Assembly (NCBI GenBank): GCA_964016885.1
Contig: OZ024744.1
Span: forward strand, 33,542,001 to 33,606,000
DNA length: 64,000 nucleotides
Direction: 5' to 3'
Origin: Eledone cirrhosa
Lineage: Eukaryota
Under the pieces are notes generated by a model. It made no database searches. It had not been told where the DNA came from and was given only the letters and a program-made list of their open reading frames with translations. Made by a program: the position numbers and the translations under genes. Positions 26,952 through 38,869 of the stretch are shown piece after piece. Each line of letters opens with the position of its first letter. Positions within the stretch are counted from its first letter, which is position 1.

Positions 26952-29900
26952 TGCTACTGGTCGCCATGCTACTATACCTCCTAGCAGCCAGGTCGAACAG
27001 CGCCTTGAAACAACTATGCCTGTAAGAAACTTGACACCACCTGTACCATCTAAGTCCACCTCGAATGCTGGGGAAAAAATTTTCGATAATAATAATAATC
27101 GAAGAAATTTGACACCACGTGTACCATCCAAGTCTACCTCGACTGTTATGGAAAATACTATCGATAATGATAATCAAAAGTATAAACAATTGAAAATTTC
27201 CCCAACGAAATCTTCCAGAGAGAAATTAACTCATGTATAAATATCTCTCTTGCTGAACGTGTTAAAATGACAATGTTGAATAAAAAACCAAATAATGAAA
27301 TACTACGTGTTATTGACGAAATAGGGGATGAATATTTACGACGGATAAAAACCCCAATATTTTGGCAAATCAACGCCTGTTTATATGCCTTAGCAATGAC
27401 AGTGAAGCATTATCTTGGTGATAGCAGAGATATTAACAAGAACAAAACACCACCAAAAATACCATCATATATAACTAAAATAGAAAAAAAGATTGCTGAC
27501 CTACGAAAAACCATAGGATATGTGACAATGCTCCTTACATGCAAACAAACTCAAAACAAACCCCACTCCTCACCAACAAAGAGTGAAAAATAAAATAGAG
27601 ACAATGTTTGGTAACAGTAGAACCAGAATTCTTCAATATAAGCTGATCACCCTCAAACAAGAATTGAGAGCTGTTAGCGAAAAACGCCGATACCTGAAGA
27701 GGGTAGATGAGAGAAAAGTGCTTAATAAAAGATTTAGACCAAACCAAACATCAGTCTATAGAGATATGAAGGGCAAAATAATAAGTGTCACTGAGGCCCC
27801 ATCCCAGAAAAACATAGATTCCTTTTGGAGAAAAATATGGGGCGAAAAGAAGAATTTCAACCAAGATGCAGTGTGGCTAAGAGAAATCCGAAAGAACTAT
27901 TGTTCCTACAGTACAACAAAAACATAGTGCGACAACTTAGGAGGAATATGACTACAGTCTGGCTGGACTACAGGAAAGCTTTCGATTCTGTTCCCCCCTC
28001 TTGGATGATAGAGGCCCTCCACCTTGCTAAAGTCCCAGACATTATTGTCAGAGCCTTATTGGGCTACTATTCTAAGGTTAAAGACAGAGAGGGAGGACTC
28101 TATTTTCACTGATAAAATAAAATATTGCAGGGGTATATTTCAGGGGGACAGTCTCTCTGTGATATTATTCATCTTGTCATTAAACCCCATGTCCTTTCTG
28201 TTCAAGAAATGTGAGGGATACCTCAATTTCTTTGTGGACGATCTGAAACGCTATGCCAAGAACATGGATGGGATGAAGAAAAATCTTGACCTGGTTACAA
28301 CGTTCTCAAAGGATATAGGAATGGAGTTAGGCGAAAATAAATGCTCATACATGACTGTAAAGCGGGGGAAAACAACAACCCAATCTAGCAACATTGTCAT
28401 CAATGGCCTAACTGTTTCACCGATATCTGATGAGGACTGCTACAGATACCTGGGGAAAGATAAGAACATATCCTATAATGGTATCTGTAATAAGGAACGT
28501 GTAACCAGGGAATACTACACCCGATTAAGAAAGATCTGGTCATCGAAACTCTCTGCGCAAAACAAAACAGTGGCTCACAATGTGTTTGCTGTGCCTGTCC
28601 TAACACCAACGTTTGGAATACTCAATTGGACGATAGACGAAATCCGAGCAGTTGATGTTAGAACTCGAAGAATACTAAACAACACCGGAAACTTTCACAT
28701 CAACAGTGACATAGACCGCCTTTACTTGAAACGTAAGCAGGGAGACAGTGGCCTAACATCAGTCCAGACAGCATTTGAATGTCGCATCATATCTCTCCGA
28801 CAACATCTACGAACCTCGAAGCGTAGGAGCCCGTTTCTCGAGGAAGTCTATCTGCATGAAACAGATAAGATCATGAGAGTTGGGAAGGAACTCCTTGAAA
28901 GATATTCCCTGTGTGATAATCGAACTCACACCCAGGGATGTCGCTCAGCAGTATCGCAGTGAATCCATGGATGAAAAACTGCATGCTTATCAGCAAAAAA
29001 TCATGCATGGATATGTTGCCAGGAAGCTCCAGAGTGAGAGTAATATAGATAAGGAAAGTAGTCTATCTTGGACCAACAACCGCTATATTGGCTCCCACTG
29101 TGAAGGATACGCTTTTGCAATGCAAGAACAGGAAATCAACACGAAATACCTGATTCACAAAAGAGATAGGAATACAGGCAAAACACCTAGATGTGATAAC
29201 AAGTGCAGACTCTGCAGAATTAACATCGAGGATATCACCCATGTCATAAGCAGCTGTCCAAAGATGTCATCGCGGTACTATCTACCTATGAGGCATAATG
29301 TAGTGACCAAAACACTGTACAATGGAGTTTGTAAAAAAGATAGCCCCAATAATAAACACATTAAAAGCTACAACAATGTGGAAGACATCCATGTACATAA
29401 TATGAAAGCGTACTGGTGGAATGTTCCAGTAAAACCCCCAATAAAATGCAGGCATAACAGACAAGATATTATGATATGGGACAGGGAGAAGAAAACATGC
29501 ACAGTAGTTGAAATTAGCTGCCCAGCAGATGCCAATATAATATCAAAGATTAGTGAAAAGGAGAATATTTATGCATAATTGATGAAAAATCTGCAGATAC
29601 TTCACCCTGATTACACCTTCAGATTTATGCCTGTGATTATTGGGGCACTGGGATATGTTAGTAACTGCCTCAATACAAATCTTGAGAAGCTAGGCTTCAC
29701 AGGAACAGAAAGAACACAACTAGTTAGGAAATTACAAGTACAATCCATTAATGGAACAGCAAAAATATGTAAAACATTCCAAAAATGTTGCATCTAGTAT
29801 CTGAATATACACATGCACAGATAATAATACACATACAATAACATCCATATTTACACATGCATGCAAACATGCATCCATATCTACCTAGTTGATGTTGTGT

Positions 29901-29989
29901 GAATTCCAATGAGAGAGTATTGTGTCTATGTTAGAAACCGACTCTCTCTCTATTGGTAAAACTTTGTGAAATTATAAAACCAGAAGAAC
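26952..29989 (+). mobile_element. R4/Dong-clade RLE element, family B, copy 2 (5'-truncated, internal deletion at ~27925)
   Basis: Collinear with 1663-5209. [19 protein letters not shown] and RLE motifs. Same 3' end AAAACCAGAAGAA followed by (CATA)n. Confidence 0.9.
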
Positions 29990-30065
29990 ATACATACGTA
30001 CATACATACGTACATACATATACACATATTCATACATACATATATACATATATACATATATATAT

Positions 30066-30412
30066 GATGGCTGTCCCCTCGTTTTCGAGTATGGACATTG
30101 CCCCATATAACATTATTAATAATTATTAATTAATTCTATCATGCAATGCCTGTGTGTGAAGATATTTTCAAAGTGAGTATAGACTGTGCACTGAGCAAAT
30201 CCAACATTCTGAGCGACAGTAGCTGTAACCCGAAAAGAAGAAAAGATCAACATCATCGGTAACTACTGAGCCGCAGGTTTTATATCGGAGTTATCCAGTT
30301 TCCTGAGTTACATTCTCCTATAAGAATGCCCTGACAAAGGCTAGGGGTCCTTCACTCCCAGTGGCTTAAAGGCGCGATCGAGTGTCCAACCCAACTATTT
30401 CTATGTCCCCGC
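30066..30412 (-). mobile_element. Divergent relative of the 410-bp RTE-derived element
   Basis: Shares the terminal hairpin CTCGTTTTCGAG and the GCAATGCCTGTG, TCAACATCAT and GACAAAGGCTAGGGGTC blocks. Confidence 0.6.
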
Positions 30413-30630
30413 GCATATACATACACATGCACCCATGTATATACACATATACGTATACATACATATGTACATGTGTATATACATATTTACACACTTTTGG
30501 ATGGCCGTTGACTCTTATGAGTTCTTCCGCCCTATACATGCATATATACATACATACGTACATACATATATACATACATAAATATATACATACATATATA
30601 CATACATACATACATATACACATACATAGA

Positions 30631-31035
30631 TGGTGGCTGCCAACTCGTTTTCGAGTACGGCCACTACTTTATATCCATGTAGGAGAACCCCTACCAATGC
30701 ACTGAACGAGTGTGACTTTTTAGTCCAGCCTGCGACATGAAAACTCTGGTACAAACACTACACTTGTGACAATTATTGACACATAGTGCTGGGACCATGG
30801 TACCATGTGACGACAAGTGCAGAGAGATCTCCAGATATAAAGCAATGCCTGTGCCGTGAAGCTTTTATAGTGAGCAAAGGCACTTGACAAAGCCAGTCCC
30901 ACTCTCTTAACCAAGATGATATTTACCAAAAAGAACACGTCAACATCATTGGATACCATCAGGGTTGCAGATGTTATCAGAGTTTTCCTTCTCCTAGAAT
31001 TCTGCCTTGACAAAGGCTAAGGGGTCATCTCTACC
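30631..31035 (-). mobile_element. ~410-bp RTE-derived short element, copy 4
   Basis: Near-identical to 645-1054; (TACA)n on both sides. Confidence 0.75.
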
Positions 31036-31252
31036 ATACATACACACATACATACACGCATACATTCATACATACATATAGATACATACATACATACATA
31101 AATACATACACACATACATACATACATACATACATATATACATAAATATATACATACATACATGCATATATACATACATACATACATACATACATACATA
31201 CATACATACATACATACATACATACATACATACATACATAAATACATACATA

Positions 31253-31404
31253 GGATATGTTAGTAACTGCCTCAATACAAATCTTGAGAAGCTAGGCTTC
31301 ACAGGAACAGAAACAACACAACTAGTTAAGAAATTACAAGTACAATCCATTAATGGAACAGTAAAAATATGTAAAACATTCTAAAAATTATAAAACCATA
31401 AGAA
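31253..31404 (+). mobile_element. Short 3' fragment of RLE family B lacking most of the 3' UTR
   Basis: Matches 29651-29787, then jumps to the terminal AAATTATAAAACCA(T)AAGAA. Confidence 0.8.
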
Positions 31405-31539
31405 CATACATATATACATACATGAATATATACATACATACATACAAATATATATATACATAAATATGTACATACATATAGGATGGCTCGTTATCGAGTA
31501 TGGCCATTGCACGAGAAAAAACCCCATAATAATAACAAC

Positions 31540-31576
<37 letters not shown>

Positions 31577-31817
31577 TTTTCTTTATTAACCACAGGGGTT
31601 TACATAAAGTAGACATTAAGGACAGTACAGGAATACAGGACGGTACAAATGGGCATTTCTGCGTGTAAAAAAAACAGAGGATGAAATAAAATAACAAAGA
31701 AAAATTCCCCAATAGGGGTGAGACTTCGGAGGGACATTTGTGGAGAAAGCCCATTAAAAGACCACAGTGGCCCTGACCACCAGGGCAAGTGCCCTCTCCC
31801 AGTTTTCCACCTTTAAT

Positions 31818-34800
31818 TTACAGACACATACTCAGAGAAGGCCCATTCATTCGGGCCATACTTGCTTCTCTCACCCATCTTTCAACAAAATGCTGGGAAG
31901 AGAGCACTTCCCTCTCAACCCTGATTTTCCTTTTCAGATGAAATTTGAAAAAGTTAATCAGGGCATCACCGAAGAGGTAAGTGCTCGTCTTCAGCCCTTT
32001 CAAACGTGTCCACCATACTATCTCTTTCGCCATGGCCACCAGACAGATAAAAACTGCCTGCCCTATCCGGCTAAAGGAAGAGGGCGGGGCAATCCTCACG
32101 ATGGACTCAGCTGATAGCTGGATCCGTCCTACACGTGACAGCAGGTCTTCGACATAAACCCACAAGTCAGCAATGCTCGGACACTGGACGAGTGCGTGCA
32201 GGACGGTTTCGTCGCCCTGCGCGCATCTCGGACATGCCCGGCTGACGGCACCTCCATGCCTGTAAAGTTTATCCCGAACTGGCAAAGCACCCCGGTAGCA
32301 CTGCCAGGCCAGGGATTTCTGGAAGTTGTCCATAGGCCCCGGCCCGAAAGTCCTTCCGAAGAGATTGGCTAGTTGATTTTCGTCGACGCCTAGAGTTTCT
32401 CCAAGTACGTCGTCGCACTTCCCCTCCACTAATCCCCTATAGAACGCCATGGTGGAGTTTCCACCGATCACATTGCCCGATTGGACGAGGGCTGTGAGCG
32501 CCTGAAGACATTCCAGTCTCCAAGCGCTCCCTCTAGGTCTTCGCTTGACCCAGGACTGCAGCTCCGTCAAGGAGACGAGCTGGGGAAAAACGTGTCTAGC
32601 AAACGGCGACCACACCTGATCACCGTCGAGGAAGTGGTGGAGATGTCGTAGCCTGAGCGCATGTCTGCGCATCATCAGCCACGGCATGCCCAGCCCTCCA
32701 CGTAGCGGGTGTTGACAACAGATAGACCACCTGACCATCGGAGCGCGTCCCTTCCACAAGAAGCGAAAGAGCAAACGCTCCAGCGCAGTCAGGCGGGGCT
32801 TAGGACAAGGTACGACGGTCAGGCGGTAGTAGATGACGGACGCGATGTACGCGTTATCCACCTCCGCTCGAACTTTCAGGGATAGCTTCCTCTCGGCCCA
32901 TTTCTGGGTGAGAGAAACCACCCTGCTCGTCACCTCGTCCCAGTTTTTGTCCGTCTGGAGGTCTGGACCGAACCAGACCCCTAACAATTTAACCGGTCCA
33001 TCTGTCCAGCGCCCGACGACGCTGTTGGACGGCATGGACCTGCCTCTCCAGGGGCCGAGCTGCAGGCCCACTGACTTTTCCAGTTGATCATTGCTCCTGT
33101 CACCGCTTCGTATTCTCTTAGTGTAGTGACGATCGCCTCGATGTGTTTGGCGTTCGACACCACTACGGTGACATCGTCGGCATATGCTGACACGGATCTT
33201 CCGCATCCTAGTTCGCGCGGGATCCCCCTCAACGTCTCCAGTTTGTGCAGTAATGGCTCGAGAGTCAATACGTACAATAGCGACGAGAGGGGACATCCTT
33301 GGCGGACCGAGCGCATGATGTTGAACGGTTCCGAAAGGTGACCATTCACTCTCACCACAGAGCAGATGTTGCTGTGCATGGCAGCTATCCAGCCTCTGAA
33401 GACGGGCCCAAAGCCAGCCGCCCTCAGGACTGCCTCTAGGTAACGATGGTCGACCCTATCGAAGGCTTTCGACTGATCTAAATTGATCAAAGACCCACCC
33501 GTGCCAGGTTCCCTAGCTACACTCTCTACGATGTATCGCATGAGGTGGAGGTTGTTGTGGATGGATCTGTCGGGAATGGCACATCTCTGTGCTCTCCCAC
33601 CAGACCACCAACGACAAGCGCCAACCTCTTTGCTAGCACCTTGGCCAAAATCTTGAACTCTGTATTTAGCAGAGTTATGGGCCGGAAATTATCTGTTATC
33701 CCCCTTGTTCGGATCCTTTCTCAGCAGCGCCACCGCTCCTCGGCTCACAGAGCTGGGAATTCTCCCGTTCTGTTGCCAGTTGCAGTAGACGTCCACCAAG
33801 AGGCCTCCGAACAAGTTTGGCATTAGAACGTAAAGTTCATAGGGCAGACCATCCAAACCAGGCGATTTACCGCTTGTGCAACTAGTCATTGCATCCCGTA
33901 CTTCAGCGGTTGTTATCGGCTTTTCGCAACACTCCTCCGCAGTGGCCGAAAGCCGCGGCAGTCCGTCGAGGTAGACACTAAAGTCGATCCCTCGATCCGG
34001 CCCGCCACTGCCCCCGAACAGTTGAGCGAAGTGTCGCTGAAAAGCTTCACACATTTGCCCGGGATCGAGTAGCATGCGCCCGTCGTGGTCGACCAAAGAC
34101 CGGATCGTGGCTTTGTTGCCACGACGCGCCTCCGCCACTCGGGCCCATTGAACGGCTTTCGTCCCCTCGTGTCTGAGAGCACGCACCCTAGCTCTGACAA
34201 CGCAGCCTTCGTGCTTTGCATTGAAGAATTGGTCACGGGCCAATTTCGCCGCAAGTACGTCGGTCGCGATGCCTTTGCTAAGCGCCTCATCTAATTTTCT
34301 AACTAGTACTCCCTCTGCTCTATTTTTCTCTATTGCTAAAGTCTTACTAAACCTAATGGACTCTATTCTAATTGCTCTTTTCAGAGCAAACCACCACTTG
34401 TTGTTGACTATGGCCCCCGTCAACGCCCGCTTAACTAGTTCGCTAATCCGGTCTCTGTAGGCCTTGCGCGCTGGTAAGGACGCGTTTAGTTTCCAGTAGC
34501 CGGGTCCTCGCCTATGAAGCCTATCTAAGTCAAGCACACAGATCACGAATTTGTGGTCCGTGTAGCTGACTATCTTGAATTGTGGACAGCCTATGCTAGA
34601 CCTATCTATTTCCCTACAAAATACTCTATCTAGATATGATCTGGATGACCCTATGCGATTTGTCCAAGTCCACATTGGTACATTCGGGAAATCCATTCGG
34701 TACCTGTCAGACAGTTCAAAACGTCTGAGCAGGTTGGTGAGACTCTAGCACCCTCCTTTTCTATCCACTAATCCCACAAAATCCCAGCGTGCATCTAAGA

Positions 34801-35233
34801 TCCCGTTCCAGTCGCCCATTAACACTAAAGAGCGGGACGTTCCAAGAAAGGTCTCCAGACGCCGGAAGAAATCAGGCCGCACTGCTCCTGTCGGGGCATA
34901 GACGGCCACTAACCTGAAAGCTTGCCCGTCTCCGCTCGTCACGTCCAGCACCACCAACTTACCTTCTGGGTCCAGGAAGATGGCCCGTATGGCAAGATCC
35001 AAACCTCTCCGAAAAAGCACAGCAACTCCTTCCCCCGATCTCGGACGGCTGGGAGATGCGTACACATCGTAGCCGCCGAAGATCGGTGCGAAAGACTGTG
35101 CTTCGGAGATTCTGGTCTCGCTGATGGCCACTACATCTATGTTTAGTGACCTGAGGTTGTTGAGCAGGTGGCCCTGCTTCCATGACGACCCCAAGCCACG
35201 CGCATTTATGCTGCCTATTCTGAGTGAGGTCAT
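31818..35233 (-). pseudogene. Tx1/L1 ORF2 (APE-RT-CCHC), frameshifted
   Basis: SINARGL, ISET, VYAP, GDWN, YLDRVF, TDHK, KSPGLDGLP, LDQSKAFDRV, RQGCPLS, YADD and CPRC..ETVLHALVQC. Confidence 0.9.
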
Positions 35234-35267
35234 GTTGAAAAGGAGTGGAAAAGATGGGAAAGACCAC

Positions 35268-37283
35268 TTACCTTACTTCTCGTAGGGGAAGGACGGTTTT
35301 TCCATCCTTTTCACTGCTTGTGGCCTCCTCAGGAAGGATGTCCTTATAAATCCTCCTGGAGAGTGCTTGTCGGAAGTCTCCGATGTCTTTGGGGAATTTT
35401 TGTTTTAGTGTCATGTACGTTTTCTGTGTGATGCGAGTGATTTGTATGTGTGGAGGTGGTGTGAATTTTGGGGTTGTTGTGTAGTCTTTTTCTGTGATGC
35501 TGGTGTTGTGTTGGGTGTAGTGTAATAATTGCTTGTTGTTCAAATTTAATGCTGTGTAGTGTGTATCGTTTTGCTTGTTTTGTTTTGTTTGCGTTTGTTG
35601 TGGGTTTGTTTCTGTTTCACTTTTTGGTGACTTTTGTGGTGTTGGTGATGGTGGTGTTGGGGTTAATGATGGTGATGGTGTTGGTGTTTGGGTTGATGGG
35701 GTTGGTGATGCTGGTGTGGATGGTGGTATATCTGTCCTAACTTTTTTGTTTCTTAATTTATTTGTTTCCCTCTGTATTTTGTTTTTGGAGGGGGAAGGAA
35801 GAGAATTTTTTTCTTTTTTGGTTTCTTTTTTTTTTCCGGATATCGTTTCCCACTCCCCGTCGTCACAATCTGTCTCCAGTTGTGATAGGCCGGGGAGTGG
35901 AAAATCCTCCACAGGCGTTAGTTTTGGTTGTGGCGTGGTGGATGGTGTAGGCGCTGGTGCTAGTTCTGAAGCGTTGGGTGGTGGTGTTGTTGGTTTTGCT
36001 GGTGGTGGTGGTGGTGGTGTTGGTTTTGCTACTGTTGCTGGGGTTGTTGCTGTTATAGTTGCTTCTGTTGTTGCTGCTACAGTTGTTGCTGCCATCTCTG
36101 CTACTGGTGGTGTTGATGGTTGTGTCACTGGGGTGGGTAGGAGAGGTGGTCTCAACCTTTTAGCCTGAGGGCAGAAGGGCTTAGGTGGGTTCCTTCACCA
36201 CAAACGACACACCTAGGTCTTCTGCCCTCGACAATTACCGTTAGGTGGCTGCCGTCAGTGAGGTCTATTACCTCTGGGATCTCCTCAATGCTTTTTTGGT
36301 CCGCTTGGATCAGGAGCTCCATCCCAGATCCGGACCAGTTCTCCTGCTTTTCTTTTGCTATTGCTATTATTTTTGTGTTGGCTTCGATGCCGGCGAGGAC
36401 GGCCGCTATTAGCCAGGGAATTTCGATGGCCGGTGGAACGTGGGTCACCCTGATCTTTACGAGTCTCTGGCCACAATAGCTTGGGACGAGTGTGAAGTCG
36501 TCACTTCTTAATGGGGCCATGGAGTGTTCTCTAGCCTCCTCTGGTGTTTCAAAGAACACGTCCACGGTTCCATACTTCTACCCACGTCTGATGTGGGTTT
36601 TTCTTGCCCACACATGTCCCAAAGCTTTTTGGATTTGGGACTCGGATGCCCGTTCCACTCGGTGCGATTTTACATTTATTGTTCTATACGACACGGTGCA
36701 TAGGCGCCGATGCTCCATTTTATTAGGGGGGGGGCTGACCCTGTACCCATCTTTCTTTACCATTTGTTTGGCATTTTCTAAATCCTCCTGAGTTACCGTA
36801 AATGCTTCGAACTGTTTTGCTACTCTGGTGAAACTGAGGGTCGGTTTTATAATGTCATTGTTGTTGTTGTTGCTATCGTTATTTGTGTTAATATTAATTT
36901 TAGTTTCAGTTGTGGTTGTGGTGACGTCAGTCGTCTTTGGTGGGGAAGTGTCCATTTTCCTTGATTTCATTTCGATATCACGAGTTAATTTATTTTTTTC
37001 TTCTTTTGTTTCTGTTGTCGCGGTGGTGGTGGGGTGGTGGTTGTCGCGGTGGTGGTGGGGTGGTGGTTGTCGCGGTGGTGGTGGTGGTGGAGGCTTTAAC
37101 ACCTGCAGTCATTGGTAATGGCGGGAAATGAATGTCTGCCTGAGACAAATTTAAAATATTGCTACTGCTTATATATTTTTTTGTGTTGGCAAATGTAGTA
37201 ACATTTACAATGGTGGTGTCGGTGTGAGGTGTTAATTTGTGAGGAAGGCTTTCAGCTGCTTGGTGCAGAGGTGAATTAGCCAC
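35268..37283 (-). pseudogene. Tx1/L1 ORF1 (RRM-like region, degenerate CCHC knuckle, Pro/Thr-rich linker), disrupted
   Basis: Fragments 36578-37102, 36152-36565 (RPRCVVCGEGTHL) and 35268-36155, homologous to ORF1 of copy 2. The start position is uncertain. Confidence 0.7.
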
Positions 37284-37492
37284 TTTTTTTCAAATAAATT
37301 TTTCATAATAATAAAAAGTTTAAATTTTGGGCACAAGGCCCCAATCTTTTTGGGTGTCCTTTTCGGAAAACAATGTATGTGCGCTTATATATGGTTAACA
37401 ATAAACATTTTCCATAAATGGCAATTTTTAACAAACGGAAATAACAAACCTAAGCGGAGCTCACGATGATACGATTTCCTACGTAGGTCGCC

Positions 37493-37546
<54 letters not shown>

Positions 37547-37550
37547 TCGG

Positions 37551-37594
<44 letters not shown>

Positions 37595-37640
37595 TCGGAT
37601 AATAATAATAAAAATTCGGACCCAAAATATATTGTTATAA

Positions 37641-38293
37641 GGCTCAAATATTCAAATATTCAACTTTGTATTGTACACTGTATATCCAAAAAAAATGGCT
37701 ATAAATGGAAGAAGAAGAACCCCCCCCCCTCCTCTCTTCTGGCTACACTATATAGGACAGCTAAACTCACCAACACCAGAAACTAGTTACACCACCCACC
37801 CCATCATCTGTGTACACTAAACACAACAGCATTTTCACCTTCACCGCCACCGCTCACTACGGCCATCATTACCACCACTATCCCATCACCGCCGCCACCA
37901 CCCCTTGACTCCTTCACTGCTGCTGCCACCGCTACAGCACCATCACTACAGTAATACGGCTCAAATATTCAAATATTCAACTTTGTATTGTACACTGTAT
38001 ATCCAAAAAAAAAAAAAATAAAATAAAATAAAATGGCTATAAATGGAAGAAGAAGACCCCCCCCCTCCTCTCCTCTGGCTACACTATATAGGACAGCGAA
38101 ACTCACCAACACCAGAAACTAGATACACCACCCACCCCATCATCTGTGTACACTAAACACAACAGCCTTTTCACCTTCACCGCCACCGCTCACTACGGCC
38201 ATCATTACCACCACTATCCCATCACCGCCGCCACCACCCCTTGACTCCTTCACTGCTGCTGCCACCGCTACAGCACCATCACTACAGTAATAC
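37641..38293 (+). repeat. Tandem duplication (~320-335 bp x2) in the 5' region of family A
   Basis: GGCTCAAATATTC...ACAGTAATAC occurs at 37641-37957 and 37958-38293. Confidence 0.9.
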
Positions 38294-38869
38294 GGTCGCA
38301 TCACCGCCACCACTGCCTCGGTATCGACATCACCACCACCACTGTCTCAGTATCGCCAACGCCGCCAGTCTCTGCTGGCTGCCACTTCCACATTATAGAA
38401 TTCCTACTACTAACAAAGAGGAAGGCATCAAAATATATAGATAGACTCAAAAGAAAAAAAGAAAAAACAAACAACAAAAGCAGCACAGCAACAACAGCAA
38501 AAAACGAGAAAAACAAACAGAGAAAAACAAAAACAAAAAAAGAAACCCCAAAAACGTAAAGAAAATAAGAATGAAGAGAGAAGCAGGCGGACGGACAGAG
38601 AAGAGGGGGGAAAAAGTAAAACTTAAAAAACAAAAACTAAGTCAGACATTCGAATACTACATTACAATGAAACTTATGCTTATTCATTTTTGGGGCCCTT
38701 TCTGCCCGTGTGTTTGTTTGTTTATGTGTGTCCGTATACAGCGTGGTGATAATGCCACACAAGGGCCAAGTGGGATGGCGGATCCACAGATGGCTATGTA
38801 AACATACATTCGCCAATCCTCGATAAGAGTGTTTAAATATCGAACATAAACAGTTCGAATAACGGTGAA

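Larger units (their letters stand above)
31576..37492 (-). mobile_element. Full-length L1/Tx1-type non-LTR retrotransposon, copy 1 (disrupted)
   Basis: ORF1 relic plus ORF2 with APE, RT and CCHC. The 3' end has AATAAA; (TAA)n on both sides. Confidence 0.9.

Noticed and set aside
38742-38869. Possible HDV-like ribozyme upstream of the family A ORF (TCCTCG present)
   Set aside because: I could not build P1/P3/P1.1 pairings, only simple hairpins. A covariance search would be needed.
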